A stretch of 64,000 nt of DNA from Caldisericia bacterium (lineage in GTDB: Bacteria; Caldisericota; Caldisericia; JAAYUI01). Made by a program: the position numbers and the translations under genes. The stretch lies in NCBI GenBank assembly GCA_017999835.1, contig JAGNLA010000005.1, positions 66,263 to 130,262 on the forward strand, in the 5' to 3' direction. Of this stretch, positions 37,174 to 47,878 are shown in pieces (the first letter of the stretch is position 1; each line of letters begins with the position of its first letter). The notes beneath the pieces are model-generated. The model searched no databases, was not told the origin of the DNA, and saw only the letters and a program-made list of their open reading frames with translations.

Positions 37174-39816
37174 TTACCACTCTGCTTCCGGCACAATGCC
37201 TGTTTCACAATCGAGGCCAATTCCAAGGGACAGTTTTGGATTGCCTGGCATCTGTACTTCTTTCCACATGGCATTGTTCTTGAGCGTTGGCCAGCCAGCT
37301 GGCATGTTCGGCTCTTCCTTGCGATTGTAGGTGTCATTTCCACCACGGTTGATGTAGATCCCTGCCGTCCATTCTTCATACCTGTAGTTGTCCGGTTTTG
37401 GACCCGAGCGCTGCATACAGTAGCCGCACGTAGAAGAAGAGACAAAGTCATAATTGTCATCGCCAGCGTAATCGATGTGTACGGCAATTGAGTTTGTGAT
37501 GGCTGAACCTACAAGCACACCACCGCTCTGGCGTTCCATGCCACCATCTTTTGTTGGCATTGGCTCACCAAAGTAATACTTGTCGTTGCCTGATTTGTCT
37601 ATAAACCATGAGACCGAGAAATCGTGGGCACCACCCTGGGAAATGGCCTTCCAGACGGTATAGGAATCGTCACCGGCATCGTCAAAGAAGGCGGTCAGAC
37701 CCATGTGGGCTGTTCCAGACTGGACAAAAAAGCTGCCCTCATAGTGGTCATCGCCTTCGCAGTCGTTGAGGATGCCGGTTCCAAACCAATATCCTGTTGC
37801 CTGACCGTAAACACCGCACTCGTACCAGTCGTTGCCTTTGATATCCTGAAGGATACCAATGCCACCGCCCATACCGTGACCGTCGCCCATGTCAGAGCGT
37901 CTGCCCCAGCCAGCGCCCTGGACAAAGCAGTAGTTTCTGTCGTTGTCATGTCCACCTGTGCCTGGTGTTGTTAGATTTTCTTTTGGATTCGTCTTTCCAG
38001 TCTCACCGACATACTTGTCGTCGCCTTCGCTGTCAAGCAGGATACCTGAACCACCCTGGAAACCAAAGCCCTGAGCGCACATGAAGGCATAATAGGAGTC
38101 GTTTCCGCCGATGTTTACAAGTTGGCCGATACCAAAGCAGGCAGCGCCCTGAGCCATATTACGGGCTTTGAATGTGTCATTGCCACCTTCATCCCAAAGC
38201 TGGCCAACGCCAAAGAAGCAGTGTCCCTGGGTGTTGTCATAAGCGATGTAAGTGTCGTTGCCTGAGTGATCCCAGAGAATGCCTGAACCGAGCATGCCTG
38301 AACCCTGTGAACAGACATCGTTTTTTGTTGATGTATACTTGTCGTTGCCTGCCCAGTCAAAGATGACAGAAACCGGTCTCTTGGTTGTGTAGGCGGCAGC
38401 AGCCGGGCCTGTGTAGGTGTCGTCGCCACCAAAGTCGACAATGCAGTAATAATCCTCACCTTTATATGTGTTGTTTTCAATCTTGCCGTTGAATGCAAAT
38501 TTTCCAAGCGGCAGGGTCAGCTCAAACTTTACGTTTGAGATGTCAAGCTTTGCTCCTGGAATCGGCTTGCCTTTATCGTCATTACCTGTTGAGAAATCTC
38601 TCGGATCTGCAAGGAAATCCCTCACTTCGCACATCTTGACAAGCATTGGGGCTGTTCCGTAGTAAAGGTTGTTGAAATCATAATCTTGTGCCAAATCGAA
38701 CATCAACTCTGCATCGTCTTTTGGCAGGGTTTTAATTAGATATTTATAGAACTCTTCATCCTGGTAGTCTTTGTCTGAAAGCTGGAGGTAGCGTCCAACT
38801 TTGATGAGGTCTTCCCATCGAACCTGGGACAGCTTGCGCAATGCTCTCCTGTTGTACATGGCTGTTCTGTTGATGTGCAGAAGGAAATCGGCCATCAAGG
38901 ATTGAACTTTCAATGGTACATTCTTTATTGCATTAAGGTTTCCATCTTTAATCTTCTTTGTATCAGACGGGATTTCGAAGGAAACATTCGAGGCCGAACC
39001 GTTGAGATTGACTCCGATGCCAAGAATCTTGACAACCTCATAAATTGGCGCCAGGAGTTTTCCTGCTTTTGAGATATATGGTTTAGGGATCGTTTTGTTC
39101 TTGCCGTTGTACACAGCCACATCCGAACCAACAGTCAGTTCAAGTGTCGATTTGTTGTAAATTATCGTGTATCTCTTTTTCCCGACATCCCACTTTGCGT
39201 CTGCCGAAACAATGTTTGGTATGAGTGTTGGTGAGGCAAAAAGAGTATTTTCCTTGATTTCTCCTTTTACAGTAACGACCGTCATGCCATCAGCAGTCAA
39301 TCCATCGGTATTGATTTCATATTTTTTGCCTGGCACAAAACCCCAGTCATTCTGGTAGAGCTCATCGAAAGCCTTTTCCAGAGGTTTTTTCTCGTCGATG
39401 TCCATCACAGGCATGTAGTTTGGATAAGCGATTGTAAGGTACCCTGTTCTGACTTGACCAACTATGTTCATTTCGTATATGCCGTCAGGCTGGCTCCATG
39501 ATGCCTTTGTGCCATAAAGAACTCGTCTTGCCCATCTTGGGAAGTAATACGGTTTTTCCCAGCATTCCTTGAAATGAGACGAAAGAGCGACGGGTGCGGA
39601 CCTTGCACAGATACTATCAATGGTGTTTCTTGTTATGTGAGTGTCTTCGCGAGTAACACCATGCTTGGACAAGGCGTACTCAATCAAATCAATGTTTTCA
39701 TTGATTTCCTTGGTTACATCGACATCGATGTCACCACAGAGCTTGTCATCACCTTTAACCACAAAGGGCACGCAAAGCATGATTACTATTGCGACAATAA
39801 GAATCTTTCTCATCAA
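37174..39816 (-). CDS. Large secreted protein with about 11 tandem D-x-x-G-(N/D)-D-x-(Y/F) repeats
   Basis: Signal peptide MMRKILIVAIVIMLCVPFVVKG. Repeats include DWAGNDKYT, DHSGNDTYI, DEGGNDTFK, IGGNDSYY, SEGDDKYV, IKGNDWYE, CEGDDHYE, DAGDDSYT, KSGNDKYY, YAGDDNYD and RGGNDTYN. Confidence 0.6.
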   Translation of the reverse strand: MMRKILIVAIVIMLCVPFVVKGDDKLCGDIDVDVTKEINENIDLIEYALSKHGVTREDTHITRNTIDSICARSAPVALSSHFKECWEKPYYFPRWARRVLYGTKASWSQPDGIYEMNIVGQVRTGYLTIAYPNYMPVMDIDEKKPLEKAFDELYQNDWGFVPGKKYEINTDGLTADGMTVVTVKGEIKENTLFASPTLIPNIVSADAKWDVGKKRYTIIYNKSTLELTVGSDVAVYNGKNKTIPKPYISKAGKLLAPIYEVVKILGIGVNLNGSASNVSFEIPSDTKKIKDGNLNAIKNVPLKVQSLMADFLLHINRTAMYNRRALRKLSQVRWEDLIKVGRYLQLSDKDYQDEEFYKYLIKTLPKDDAELMFDLAQDYDFNNLYYGTAPMLVKMCEVRDFLADPRDFSTGNDDKGKPIPGAKLDISNVKFELTLPLGKFAFNGKIENNTYKGEDYYCIVDFGGDDTYTGPAAAAYTTKRPVSVIFDWAGNDKYTSTKNDVCSQGSGMLGSGILWDHSGNDTYIAYDNTQGHCFFGVGQLWDEGGNDTFKARNMAQGAACFGIGQLVNIGGNDSYYAFMCAQGFGFQGGSGILLDSEGDDKYVGETGKTNPKENLTTPGTGGHDNDRNYCFVQGAGWGRRSDMGDGHGMGGGIGILQDIKGNDWYECGVYGQATGYWFGTGILNDCEGDDHYEGSFFVQSGTAHMGLTAFFDDAGDDSYTVWKAISQGGAHDFSVSWFIDKSGNDKYYFGEPMPTKDGGMERQSGGVLVGSAITNSIAVHIDYAGDDNYDFVSSSTCGYCMQRSGPKPDNYRYEEWTAGIYINRGGNDTYNRKEEPNMPAGWPTLKNNAMWKEVQMPGNPKLSLGIGLDCETGIVPEAEW

Positions 39817-39972
39817 ACCTCCTGCAAAATATTATCATCTTGATATTAGAACTTTTGCCAAGCAAATGCAAACCCATTTTCGAATCATGGTATGCATACA
39901 AACAACGCTGCAAGCGCAATTATTGGCAATCAGTTGCAAATTCCATTAAAATCAATAAAATCCAAACACAAT

Positions 39973-40377
39973 ATGGAAATACTCGTGCCAAATCAAGATG
40001 AGTTGATAGCCCTGGGAAGATGGTGGGGTGAAAGCCTTACCGGCAATGAAGTCATCGCACTCTCAGGCCCTCTTGGTGCCGGAAAGACAACGTTTGTCAA
40101 AGGTGTAGCAGCAGGACTGGGTGTCGCAGAAACAGTCCTGAGTCCAACATTTGTACTCGTATTTGAGTACAAAGGAGCCAAACTCAACCTATTTCATTTC
40201 GACTGGTACCGCATGGAAGACCAGCAGGAAGTGGTTGACCTCGGATACTGGGACTACCTTGAAAAACCCGGCATAAAGATAATCGAATGGCCTGAGAAGT
40301 TTTCTAATCTGGTACCCAAAGACGCAAAATGGATAAAGATAGAGATAGAGGGTTCTGGCAGGAAAGTCAGTTGGTGA
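39973..40377 (+). CDS. tsaE: tRNA t6A biosynthesis ATPase TsaE (YjeE)
   Basis: LSGPLGAGKTTFVKG, SPTF and W..Y.M motifs. The start is taken at the internal MEIL rather than the listed 39892. Confidence 0.8.
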   Translation: MEILVPNQDELIALGRWWGESLTGNEVIALSGPLGAGKTTFVKGVAAGLGVAETVLSPTFVLVFEYKGAKLNLFHFDWYRMEDQQEVVDLGYWDYLEKPGIKIIEWPEKFSNLVPKDAKWIKIEIEGSGRKVSW

Positions 40378-40586
40378 CTTACATTCTCGACATCGGTGAA
40401 AAAGACATCTGGTTCATTCAGGGCGTGCTGGACACAGATGACAACATCTGCCTGATTAACAAAACCACAATGAGTGGCGGCAGAGGTTCGATGAAGGTTC
40501 ATCTGGACAAAAGAGCAGAGGCAGACTTTTTGAAACTCCTCTCCACGCTTGAATCTTCATGCGATTTTACCTATGTCGTTGCTTGA
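40374..40586 (+). CDS. Small hypothetical protein (70 aa) translationally coupled to tsaE
   Basis: GTG start overlaps the tsaE TGA stop (GTGA), and the 3' end overlaps the next gene (ATG..TGA). Confidence 0.35.
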   Translation: MTYILDIGEKDIWFIQGVLDTDDNICLINKTTMSGGRGSMKVHLDKRAEADFLKLLSTLESSCDFTYVVA

Positions 40587-41073
40587 GCCAACCTGGCACT
40601 TTCAAAAAGTTGCCGACATCCCTGTTGATCTGATAAAGAACCTAGGAATAAAACTAATCTTTATAGATATAGACAACACCATCGCCCCAAGAGACTCGGA
40701 TGAATTTGTTCCATCGGCTGTAGCCTGGATTGAGGCAGTCAGGAACCTTGGTGTTACCTTCGCGTTCTTATCAAACGGCATGCCAGGTAGGGTAATCCGC
40801 ACCGGTAAACTGCTGGGGATAAGAAATGTCTATCCTGGACTTAAACCGTTGCCATTCTGTTATTGGTTTGGGATGCTCAGGTTTGGCGCAAAACCTTCAA
40901 AAACACTCATGATTGGTGACCAACTGCCAACAGACATCATGGGCGCAAACCTTGCAGGCATCAGATCAATCCTGGTTGATCCAGTCAATTCCGAAACGGA
41001 TGTTGGCTGGACAAAGTTCACAAGAAAACTTTTCGGGGACAAACGCAACAAAGCAAAAAACCGACAGCGATAA
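40573..41073 (+). CDS. YqeG-type HAD-IIIA phosphatase
   Basis: IFIDIDNTI motif and a GDQLPTDI motif. Confidence 0.65.
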   Translation: MSLLEPTWHFQKVADIPVDLIKNLGIKLIFIDIDNTIAPRDSDEFVPSAVAWIEAVRNLGVTFAFLSNGMPGRVIRTGKLLGIRNVYPGLKPLPFCYWFGMLRFGAKPSKTLMIGDQLPTDIMGANLAGIRSILVDPVNSETDVGWTKFTRKLFGDKRNKAKNRQR

Positions 41074-41104
41074 AGCCATCGGTTTCAGCATCGTTGTTAT
41101 ACAA

Positions 41105-41764
41105 TCAGTCCAAGTCGGTATGCCTTACGATCTTGCCTTCAACCATGTATATGACATCCTCGGCAATGTTGGTTGTCGAATCGGCGATGCGTTCCAGATA
41201 CCTGCTGATGCTGATGGCGTTGATCAGACAATCGTACTTTTCAGGGTATTTCTTCATCAGATCTGAAACAAGTTTGTAGACAGAACGATTGATCTGGTCA
41301 ATTTCATCATCAAGTGAACAAACTTCCCTGGCAAGCTCTGTGTTCATGTTGACAAGCGAGTCCAAACTCTTGCGAAGCATTGCTCTCACCTTGTCGCCCA
41401 TGGAAATGTAATCAAAAGGAATTTCACAGCCAGGTGTTTCAAGGATGTATCCTGCAATCTTTGCCAGGTTGACTGATAAATCGCCAATTCTTTCGAGGTC
41501 ATTATTAATTTTTAGAACTGCAATTATAAAGCGTAGGTCAACAGCAACCGGTTGGTGCAAGGCAAGAATTTTCAGGCATTCTTCCTCGATGTCGACTTCC
41601 ATCTGGTCAACCTGGTCGTCATAATCATGTATCTGTTTGGCTTTGACTGTATCTCTTGCCAGCACGGCCTTTATGGCCTCACTGAGGTTCTCCTCGATGA
41701 TTCCAGAGAGGGTGAGTAGCATTTTTTTTAGTTTTTCAACTGCCTTTGCAAGATGTTGTGACAT
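41105..41764 (-). CDS. phoU: Phosphate signalling regulator PhoU
   Basis: Two PhoU repeats with ERIGD/ERIAD motifs. Confidence 0.85.
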   Translation of the reverse strand: MSQHLAKAVEKLKKMLLTLSGIIEENLSEAIKAVLARDTVKAKQIHDYDDQVDQMEVDIEEECLKILALHQPVAVDLRFIIAVLKINNDLERIGDLSVNLAKIAGYILETPGCEIPFDYISMGDKVRAMLRKSLDSLVNMNTELAREVCSLDDEIDQINRSVYKLVSDLMKKYPEKYDCLINAISISRYLERIADSTTNIAEDVIYMVEGKIVRHTDLD

Positions 41765-41765
41765 T

Positions 41766-42557
41766 TTAGCTGAACCTTCCCGTGATGTACTCTTCGGTTT
41801 TCTTGTTGCCAGGAAGAGTGAACATCCTCTCAGTTATTCCGTGTTCAATCAAGTTACCTTCAAAGAAAAACGCCGTGAAATCAGAAACTCTTGCCGCCTG
41901 TTGCATGTTGTGGGTGACGATGATAATTGTGTAGTCTAAACTCAGTTCATCAATGAGATCTTCAATTCGCTGGGTTGCCTTGGGGTCAAGCGCAGATGTC
42001 GGCTCATCCATGAGCACGACCTCCGGGCCAATTGCCAGTGTTCGTGCAATGCACAGCCTTTGCTGCTGCCCTCCCGAGAGAGCTATGGCAGACTCATTGA
42101 GCCTGTCTTTGACTTCATCCCACAGACCTGACCGGCGAAGGCTTCTTTCCACAATTTCTTCCAGGTCAGTTTTATTTTTGTTGCCGTGAATCCTTGGACC
42201 GTAGGCAATGTTATCAAAAATCGACTTTGGAAAAGGATTGGGTTTTTGGAAGACCATGCCTACTTTTTTTCTCAATTCCACGACATCGGTTTCCCTGGAG
42301 TAAATATCATCGCCGTCGAGGGTCATCGAGCCTTCCACCCTTGTGTTATCGATAAGGTCGTTCATTCGGTTAATGGTTCGCAAAAAAGTAGATTTTCCAC
42401 AGCCTGAAGGGCCGATGAAGGCAGTGACCTTTCTTTCAGGAATAGTCAGGTTTATGTCAAACAAAGCCTGTTTTTGCCCATAGAAAAAGTTCAGGTCTTT
42501 GGCGACCACCTTGTGCTGCAGAATCGACATTTCTGTAACTGTAGATTTTTTCACCAT
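41766..42557 (-). CDS. pstB: Phosphate ABC transporter ATPase
   Basis: Walker [18 protein letters not shown] and the PstB family context. Confidence 0.9.
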   Translation of the reverse strand: MVKKSTVTEMSILQHKVVAKDLNFFYGQKQALFDINLTIPERKVTAFIGPSGCGKSTFLRTINRMNDLIDNTRVEGSMTLDGDDIYSRETDVVELRKKVGMVFQKPNPFPKSIFDNIAYGPRIHGNKNKTDLEEIVERSLRRSGLWDEVKDRLNESAIALSGGQQQRLCIARTLAIGPEVVLMDEPTSALDPKATQRIEDLIDELSLDYTIIIVTHNMQQAARVSDFTAFFFEGNLIEHGITERMFTLPGNKKTEEYITGRFS

Positions 42558-43402
42558 TTATATTTCTTTCTGAAATAGCTTCGCAGAAGTATTGCAAAAA
42601 TGTTGAGCGTGAAAATTATTATCAACAACACCAGAGCCGTTCCGTACTGCATTGGTTTTGCTTTTGTAAGGTTGACACTCTGTGTTGAGAGTACGAACAA
42701 ATGGTATGGCAATGCCATGACCTGCGAAAAAACAGAATTGGGCAGAGATGGTAGATAGAATGCGCTTGCTGTAAGCAGTATCGGCGCTGTTTCGCCGGCA
42801 GCCCTGGATATGCCAAGGATTGAACCGGTCATCATGCCTGGAATTGCGTAGGGGAGAACATTTTTTGTGATTGTTTGCCATTTGGTTGCGCCAAGGGCTA
42901 GCGAGCCTTCGCGCAAAGACTGTGGAACAGCACGCAAAGCTTCCTCGCAGGCAACGATGATTGTAGGAAGGATGAGGCAGGCAAGGGTGAGTGAACCTGC
43001 CAGTATTGACCTGTCAAAACCGAGGAACATTACAAATATCCCAAGACCGAACAAACCAAAAACGATGGAAGGAATACCTGCAAGGGTCATGATTGCCGAC
43101 CTGATTATCTTGGTAAGCCAGTTTCGCTTTGCATACTCAGAAAGATAAACAGCAGTCGCCATGCCAAGAGGAAGGGCGATAACAATTGCCAGCCCGACAA
43201 GATAGAGCGTGCCGATGATTGCCGGGAAGATTCCTCCTGCCATGCCAGCCCGTGAGGGAGCTTTTGAAATGAAGTCCCAGGATATGGTTCCTGCGCCTTT
43301 CATAACAATATCGACAATTATGTAGCCAACCACAAACACCATCAGGTAAGCAAAAAACCTCATTACCCAAATGAAAACCGAGTCTTTCTGCTTTCTGTTC
43401 AT
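42551..43402 (-). CDS. pstA: Phosphate ABC transporter permease PstA
   Basis: Permease with an EAA loop, positioned between pstC and pstB. Confidence 0.85.
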   Translation of the reverse strand: MNRKQKDSVFIWVMRFFAYLMVFVVGYIIVDIVMKGAGTISWDFISKAPSRAGMAGGIFPAIIGTLYLVGLAIVIALPLGMATAVYLSEYAKRNWLTKIIRSAIMTLAGIPSIVFGLFGLGIFVMFLGFDRSILAGSLTLACLILPTIIVACEEALRAVPQSLREGSLALGATKWQTITKNVLPYAIPGMMTGSILGISRAAGETAPILLTASAFYLPSLPNSVFSQVMALPYHLFVLSTQSVNLTKAKPMQYGTALVLLIIIFTLNIFAILLRSYFRKKYKW

Positions 43403-43480
43403 GGTTCAGCCCTTTTGGCTGCTTCAAAAAATATTATAAAAAAATTTTTTATGCTTCTCAAAATTTTTCTCCAAAAACCT

Positions 43481-44365
43481 TCACTCACGGATTTGCCCCT
43501 TCAACAGCCTTTGTGAAATCTGGACAAGCACAAAAGTGAACAGGAGCAGAACAATACCTATCACAAACAGCGCATTGTAATGAATGTCGCCAAACTGAAC
43601 CTCGCCCATTTCGGCAGCTATTGTTGCTGTCATGGTTCTGACCGTCGACAAAGGATTAATGGTTACAACTGGGGAGTTTCCGCTGACCATGAGCACCGCC
43701 ATGGTTTCACCAATAACCCTGCCAATTCCAAGCATCACGCCTGAGAGTATTCCCGAGAGAGCAGCTGGCACAGTCACATTCCAGGCGGTCTGGAGCTTTG
43801 TGGCACCCATGGCAATCGAGGCTTCCCTGTAAGAAAAAGGAACAGATTTGATGGCGTCTTCGGCAAGGGTGATGATTGTTGGCAAAGCCATCAGCGCCAA
43901 AAGCAGCGAGGCTGTTAGAGCCGAGGTACCGGTAGAGAGACCAAAAATGCTTTTTACCATCGGGGCCAGCACTACAAGACCGAAGAAGCCAAGTACGACA
44001 GAGGGGATGCCAGCCAGTAATTCAATGAAAGGCTTCAAGATTTCACGTTCAATGTTTTTTGAAAACTCAGAAATGTAAACAGCCGTGACAATGCCAAGCG
44101 GAACAGCGATAAGAATTGATATGAATGTCACAAGCAGCGAACCGGCCAGCAGAGGCATTATCCCAAACTGGGGGGATTCAAAGGATACCGGATTCCAGTT
44201 GGTTCCAAACAGCTCGAAGAAATTAGTTTTGGTAAAAAACGGGAAAGCTTCCTTCCCCAGGAAAACGAAAATGAGGATGACAATGAGGATGCTGGTGGAT
44301 GCAGCCATTTGAAGCCCGAACTTTACCATGGTCTCCTTTGACTGCCAACCGATCCTCATCGCCAT
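43481..44365 (-). CDS. pstC: Phosphate ABC transporter permease PstC
   Basis: Permease and gene order. Confidence 0.85.
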   Translation of the reverse strand: MAMRIGWQSKETMVKFGLQMAASTSILIVILIFVFLGKEAFPFFTKTNFFELFGTNWNPVSFESPQFGIMPLLAGSLLVTFISILIAVPLGIVTAVYISEFSKNIEREILKPFIELLAGIPSVVLGFFGLVVLAPMVKSIFGLSTGTSALTASLLLALMALPTIITLAEDAIKSVPFSYREASIAMGATKLQTAWNVTVPAALSGILSGVMLGIGRVIGETMAVLMVSGNSPVVTINPLSTVRTMTATIAAEMGEVQFGDIHYNALFVIGIVLLLFTFVLVQISQRLLKGQIRE

Positions 44366-44406
44366 TCCTCCTTGTTTCTTGCTGTTATTTTACTTGTTGC
44401 AACTGG

Positions 44407-45336
44407 TTACTTCAATGGAATGAAGCCGAGTTCCTTGACGATTGACTGACCCTGCTCTCCGAGCATGAAGTCGTAGAAAGCCTTGATTGCATCGTTTGAT
44501 TTCTCGGCGGTTCTGATTGTGTAGAGAGCTCTTGAGATTGGATATTCCTTTGAGTGGATGGTTGTTTCTGACGGTTCAAAAGCTGGTGAGGCATCGTCTT
44601 TTTTGACCTTGAGAATCTTCACCTGGTCGCCAGCTTCAACAGCGTAACCAAGACCGGCGTAACCGATTGCCCACTTGTCTGAAGATGTTGTCTGGATGAT
44701 TGGAGCAGTGGCTGCAAGGAACTGCGCGTCTTTCCTGTAGTCCTTCTTTGCCATGACATGTTCCTGGAAGAAGGCGTATGTGCCAGAGGTGTTCTCTCTT
44801 GAAAGAACTACTATTGGCTGATCCTCTCCACCAAGGTCTTTCCATGACTTGTACTCGCCAGTAAAGATCTTTGCAAGCTGATCCATGGTAATCTCGCTTA
44901 TCGGGTTTGCCGGATTCACTACGACAGCGATACCATCAAAAGCAACTGCTATATCTTCAAATGTCATGCCTTTTGCTGCTGCATCTTCACGCTCTTTGCC
45001 TTTGAGGTCTCTCGATGAGTTGGCAAGGTCGGTTGTGCCTTCAAGAAGCTGTGTGATGCCAACGCCTGAACCACCGCCGTTGATTGTTATCAGAACATCT
45101 GGATTTGCCTTCATGAACTCTTCAGCAAAAAGGGTTGAGAGCTGAAGCATGGTGTCAGAACCTGTAATTGTGATTGAGCCTGTGAGTTTTGATGTGTTTT
45201 CAATTGGTGGAGTTGTGTTTGCGTTCGAATTGTCCTCTGTCTTTTCACCGCAAGCTGCCAATGTGAACATGGATACTGCGACTGCTATTACTGCCAGTAA
45301 TGCTGTTGTTTTCTTCATTTTATTCTCCTTTTTCAT
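44407..45336 (-). CDS. pstS: Phosphate-binding lipoprotein PstS
   Basis: TLAACG lipobox and a PBP fold (SGSGVG motif). The start is reset to an internal Met because the listed N-terminus overlaps the kinase gene. Confidence 0.8.
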   Translation of the reverse strand: MKKENKMKKTTALLAVIAVAVSMFTLAACGEKTEDNSNANTTPPIENTSKLTGSITITGSDTMLQLSTLFAEEFMKANPDVLITINGGGSGVGITQLLEGTTDLANSSRDLKGKEREDAAAKGMTFEDIAVAFDGIAVVVNPANPISEITMDQLAKIFTGEYKSWKDLGGEDQPIVVLSRENTSGTYAFFQEHVMAKKDYRKDAQFLAATAPIIQTTSSDKWAIGYAGLGYAVEAGDQVKILKVKKDDASPAFEPSETTIHSKEYPISRALYTIRTAEKSNDAIKAFYDFMLGEQGQSIVKELGFIPLK

Positions 45337-45379
45337 CTTTTTTGCACTCACAATGTAAGCTAGCAATGTTAGGAAAATA

Positions 45380-47152
45380 TTAGTCATTTTTTGGCAAAGG
45401 AACCGAGAAGCTGAATGTGCTGCCAACACCAAGCTCGGAGTCAGCCCAAACCTTGCCTTCATGAGCAGAAATGATGTGTTTTACAATAGCAAGCCCGAGT
45501 CCTGTTCCACCACCGGTATTTCTGTCACGTCCTGCCTGCGCTCTGTAGAAACGCTCGAAAATCCTTGGCAGGTGACGTTTCTCCATCCCCTGTCCGTGGT
45601 CTTTTACCTCGAGAATGTAATCATTTTCAAGTTTTCTGCCTGAGACGGAAATAATCGTGTCTGGCTGGCTGAAGTTGATGGCGTTGTCAACATAATTAGA
45701 CACCGCATGCTCGATAAGCTGGGGGTTTATCCTACACATGCAGGTCTCAACCGATGCTTCAATTTTCAGACCCTTCTGCTCAACTTTTGAGGAAATAAAC
45801 GAAATTGCAGAGTTTATTGGAGTAGCAATCTCACTGATTTCAAACTGAACCGTTCCCTTTTGGGTGGATTCCTCTATGCTTGACAACTCCAGCATGTCCT
45901 CGATGATTCTGTTGAGCCTGACTGTGTGTTTCTGGATTATTTGCAGGAACCTTTCGCGATCGTTGGGGTCTTCACCTGCACCTGAAATGAGTGTTTCAAC
46001 AAAACCTTTTATCGATGTTATCGGTGTTCTCAGCTCGTGGCTGACGTTTGCCACAAAGTCTTTCCTTACAGTTTCCAAGTGTCTCAAATCAGTAGTCTCT
46101 GACAAAACGATTATAATTCCATGCTTTGTATCTTTTGGTACTTTAAGAATCGAGCTGTGTACTTGAAAGAGTCGCTCCGAGTCAGCCATTATGGCTATCT
46201 CGGTTTCAGATTCAGTGTCAGACTGAAGGGATTTCTGAATGAAAGACAGCAATGAAGCGCTTCTTGTCACTTCCTGCATCAGCTTTCCTCTGACGTTTTC
46301 AACCTTCACGCCAAGCATTCTGCAAGCAGCGCCGTTTGCGCCAATCAAACGTTCGTTGGGACCGACCGCCATGACACCTTCAGTCATGCTCTCCAGAACC
46401 GAATCGAGCATGTTTCTCTGAGACTCAAGCTCGCCCATCATGACTTTGAGTTTTCCGGTGGTTTCGTTAAGCCCTTCGGCCAGTTGAGACAATTCCAATG
46501 TTTGCAACGGCTTTATCCTGTATGACAAATCGCCGGATGCCAGCTTTGCCAGACCTTTTTTTAAAGGCTCCAGCCTTGAGGTCATCTGCTTTGAAACCAG
46601 CCACGTTGCGAGTGCAGCAAGCAATATTGAAATCAAAAATGCCAGAAATATTTCTGTACCAAGTTTTGACAATATGTCTGAAACAGCAAACATCGGCGTC
46701 TGGATGATTATTGCGCCAAGCAATTCCTGCTTGTCCAATATCGGAATCGAACAGACGATCATCTTGTTGCTGTCGTAGACGTCGTCGATTGTCGATTGTG
46801 GCGTGGACTGGAGTAGTCTGCCGTCCTGAAGCACTTTTGAAATATTTGGCAGGTTTTGCCTGCCAGTCGAGTCAACCACTACATCGCCATTGGTCAAAAC
46901 TATTGAGACCCTGGCCCGAAGTGCTTTTGCCGCATCTGCCAAAACATGCTGGAGCTGGGGATCGTTATTTATATAAGCGTCTGAAAGTGGTTGTTTAAAA
47001 GTATCAGCATCACTGATCAAATCAGACTGCGTGTAGCTGATGATGTATGCTCTTGCCGATATGGCTAGAAAAATTGTTTGAAACAGCAAGAGTACAGCTG
47101 TAATGGCAAGAAACGACGGAAAAAGCTTCCAAAGTAGTTTAGTTTTCTTCAC
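45380..47152 (-). CDS. phoR: PhoR-type sensor histidine kinase
   Basis: Two transmembrane segments, then HAMP/PAS, an H-box HELRTP, and N, G1 and G2 boxes. Confidence 0.8.
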   Translation of the reverse strand: MKKTKLLWKLFPSFLAITAVLLLFQTIFLAISARAYIISYTQSDLISDADTFKQPLSDAYINNDPQLQHVLADAAKALRARVSIVLTNGDVVVDSTGRQNLPNISKVLQDGRLLQSTPQSTIDDVYDSNKMIVCSIPILDKQELLGAIIIQTPMFAVSDILSKLGTEIFLAFLISILLAALATWLVSKQMTSRLEPLKKGLAKLASGDLSYRIKPLQTLELSQLAEGLNETTGKLKVMMGELESQRNMLDSVLESMTEGVMAVGPNERLIGANGAACRMLGVKVENVRGKLMQEVTRSASLLSFIQKSLQSDTESETEIAIMADSERLFQVHSSILKVPKDTKHGIIIVLSETTDLRHLETVRKDFVANVSHELRTPITSIKGFVETLISGAGEDPNDRERFLQIIQKHTVRLNRIIEDMLELSSIEESTQKGTVQFEISEIATPINSAISFISSKVEQKGLKIEASVETCMCRINPQLIEHAVSNYVDNAINFSQPDTIISVSGRKLENDYILEVKDHGQGMEKRHLPRIFERFYRAQAGRDRNTGGGTGLGLAIVKHIISAHEGKVWADSELGVGSTFSFSVPLPKND

Positions 47153-47835
47153 TATTCCTTGAACCTGTAGCCTACGCCCCGGACGGTTTCAATGAGTTCA
47201 CTGGATTCACCAAGCTTTTTTCGTAAGCCCGTGATGCACACGTCGACCGACCGGTCGGTGACCGAATAATCCTCACCATGTATTGAATCAACAATCTGGT
47301 ATCTTGTAAAGACCCAGCCCTTGTGTCGGGCAAGGAAGTGGAGCACATCAAACTCCATCGGCGTTAGTTTTATCTTTTCGTTGTCAACGACAACCATGTG
47401 CTTGCCCGGGTCGATGAGAATTGTGTCAATTGTGATTACTTCATTTGGGTTGGCTGGTCCTTGCTGTTTTCTGCGAAGCAGAGCCTTGACCCTTGCCACC
47501 AAAATCTTAGTGCTGAAAGGTTTTGTTATGTAGTCGTCAGCACCAAGCTCAAGCCCTTTGACCACGTCGTTTTCTGAGCCCTTTGCCGTGACAATGATGA
47601 CCGGAATGCCGGCATACTGCGAGTTTGCTCTGATGGTTTTGCAAAAGGTCAGCCCGTCCATGCCTGGCAGCATGAGGTCGAGAACAATTACTGAAGGATT
47701 CACTTTCTTGAGAATCCCCAACCCTTCCTCTGCAGACTTTGCCGCAAAAGTGGAAAAACCCTCTTTTCGCAGGTTATAGTCCTCAAGTACGGCTATATCT
47801 TCATCATCTTCAATAATCAGTGCAGTGTCAGCCAT
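47152..47835 (-). CDS. phoB: OmpR-family response regulator (PhoB/PhoP-like)
   Basis: Receiver domain (DD...D..LPGMDG...K) and a winged-helix C-terminus. The start is at MADTALIIEDDEDI. Confidence 0.85.
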   Translation of the reverse strand: MADTALIIEDDEDIAVLEDYNLRKEGFSTFAAKSAEEGLGILKKVNPSVIVLDLMLPGMDGLTFCKTIRANSQYAGIPVIIVTAKGSENDVVKGLELGADDYITKPFSTKILVARVKALLRRKQQGPANPNEVITIDTILIDPGKHMVVVDNEKIKLTPMEFDVLHFLARHKGWVFTRYQIVDSIHGEDYSVTDRSVDVCITGLRKKLGESSELIETVRGVGYRFKE

Positions 47836-47853
47836 CGCTAACAATATTATACC

Positions 47854-47878
47854 CCAATGTTTGCCAAATGTTAGCAGG
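47854..47878 (-). promoter_or_regulatory. Candidate PhoP/PhoB box (direct repeats CTAACA-5nt-CAAACA) adjoining a TATAAT -10
   Basis: Minus strand reads gCTAACAtttggCAAACAttggggTATAATattgttagcgATG. Confidence 0.35.

Noticed and set aside
43403-43480. Perfect A/T palindrome ATAAAAAAATTTTTTAT between pstC and pstA
   Set aside because: It could be an internal regulatory or termination-modulating site, but it is low-complexity and cannot be told apart from chance.
45337-45462. Long N-terminal extension of pstS
   Set aside because: It overlaps the end of the histidine kinase gene. An internal Met followed by a lipobox signal peptide is the plausible start.
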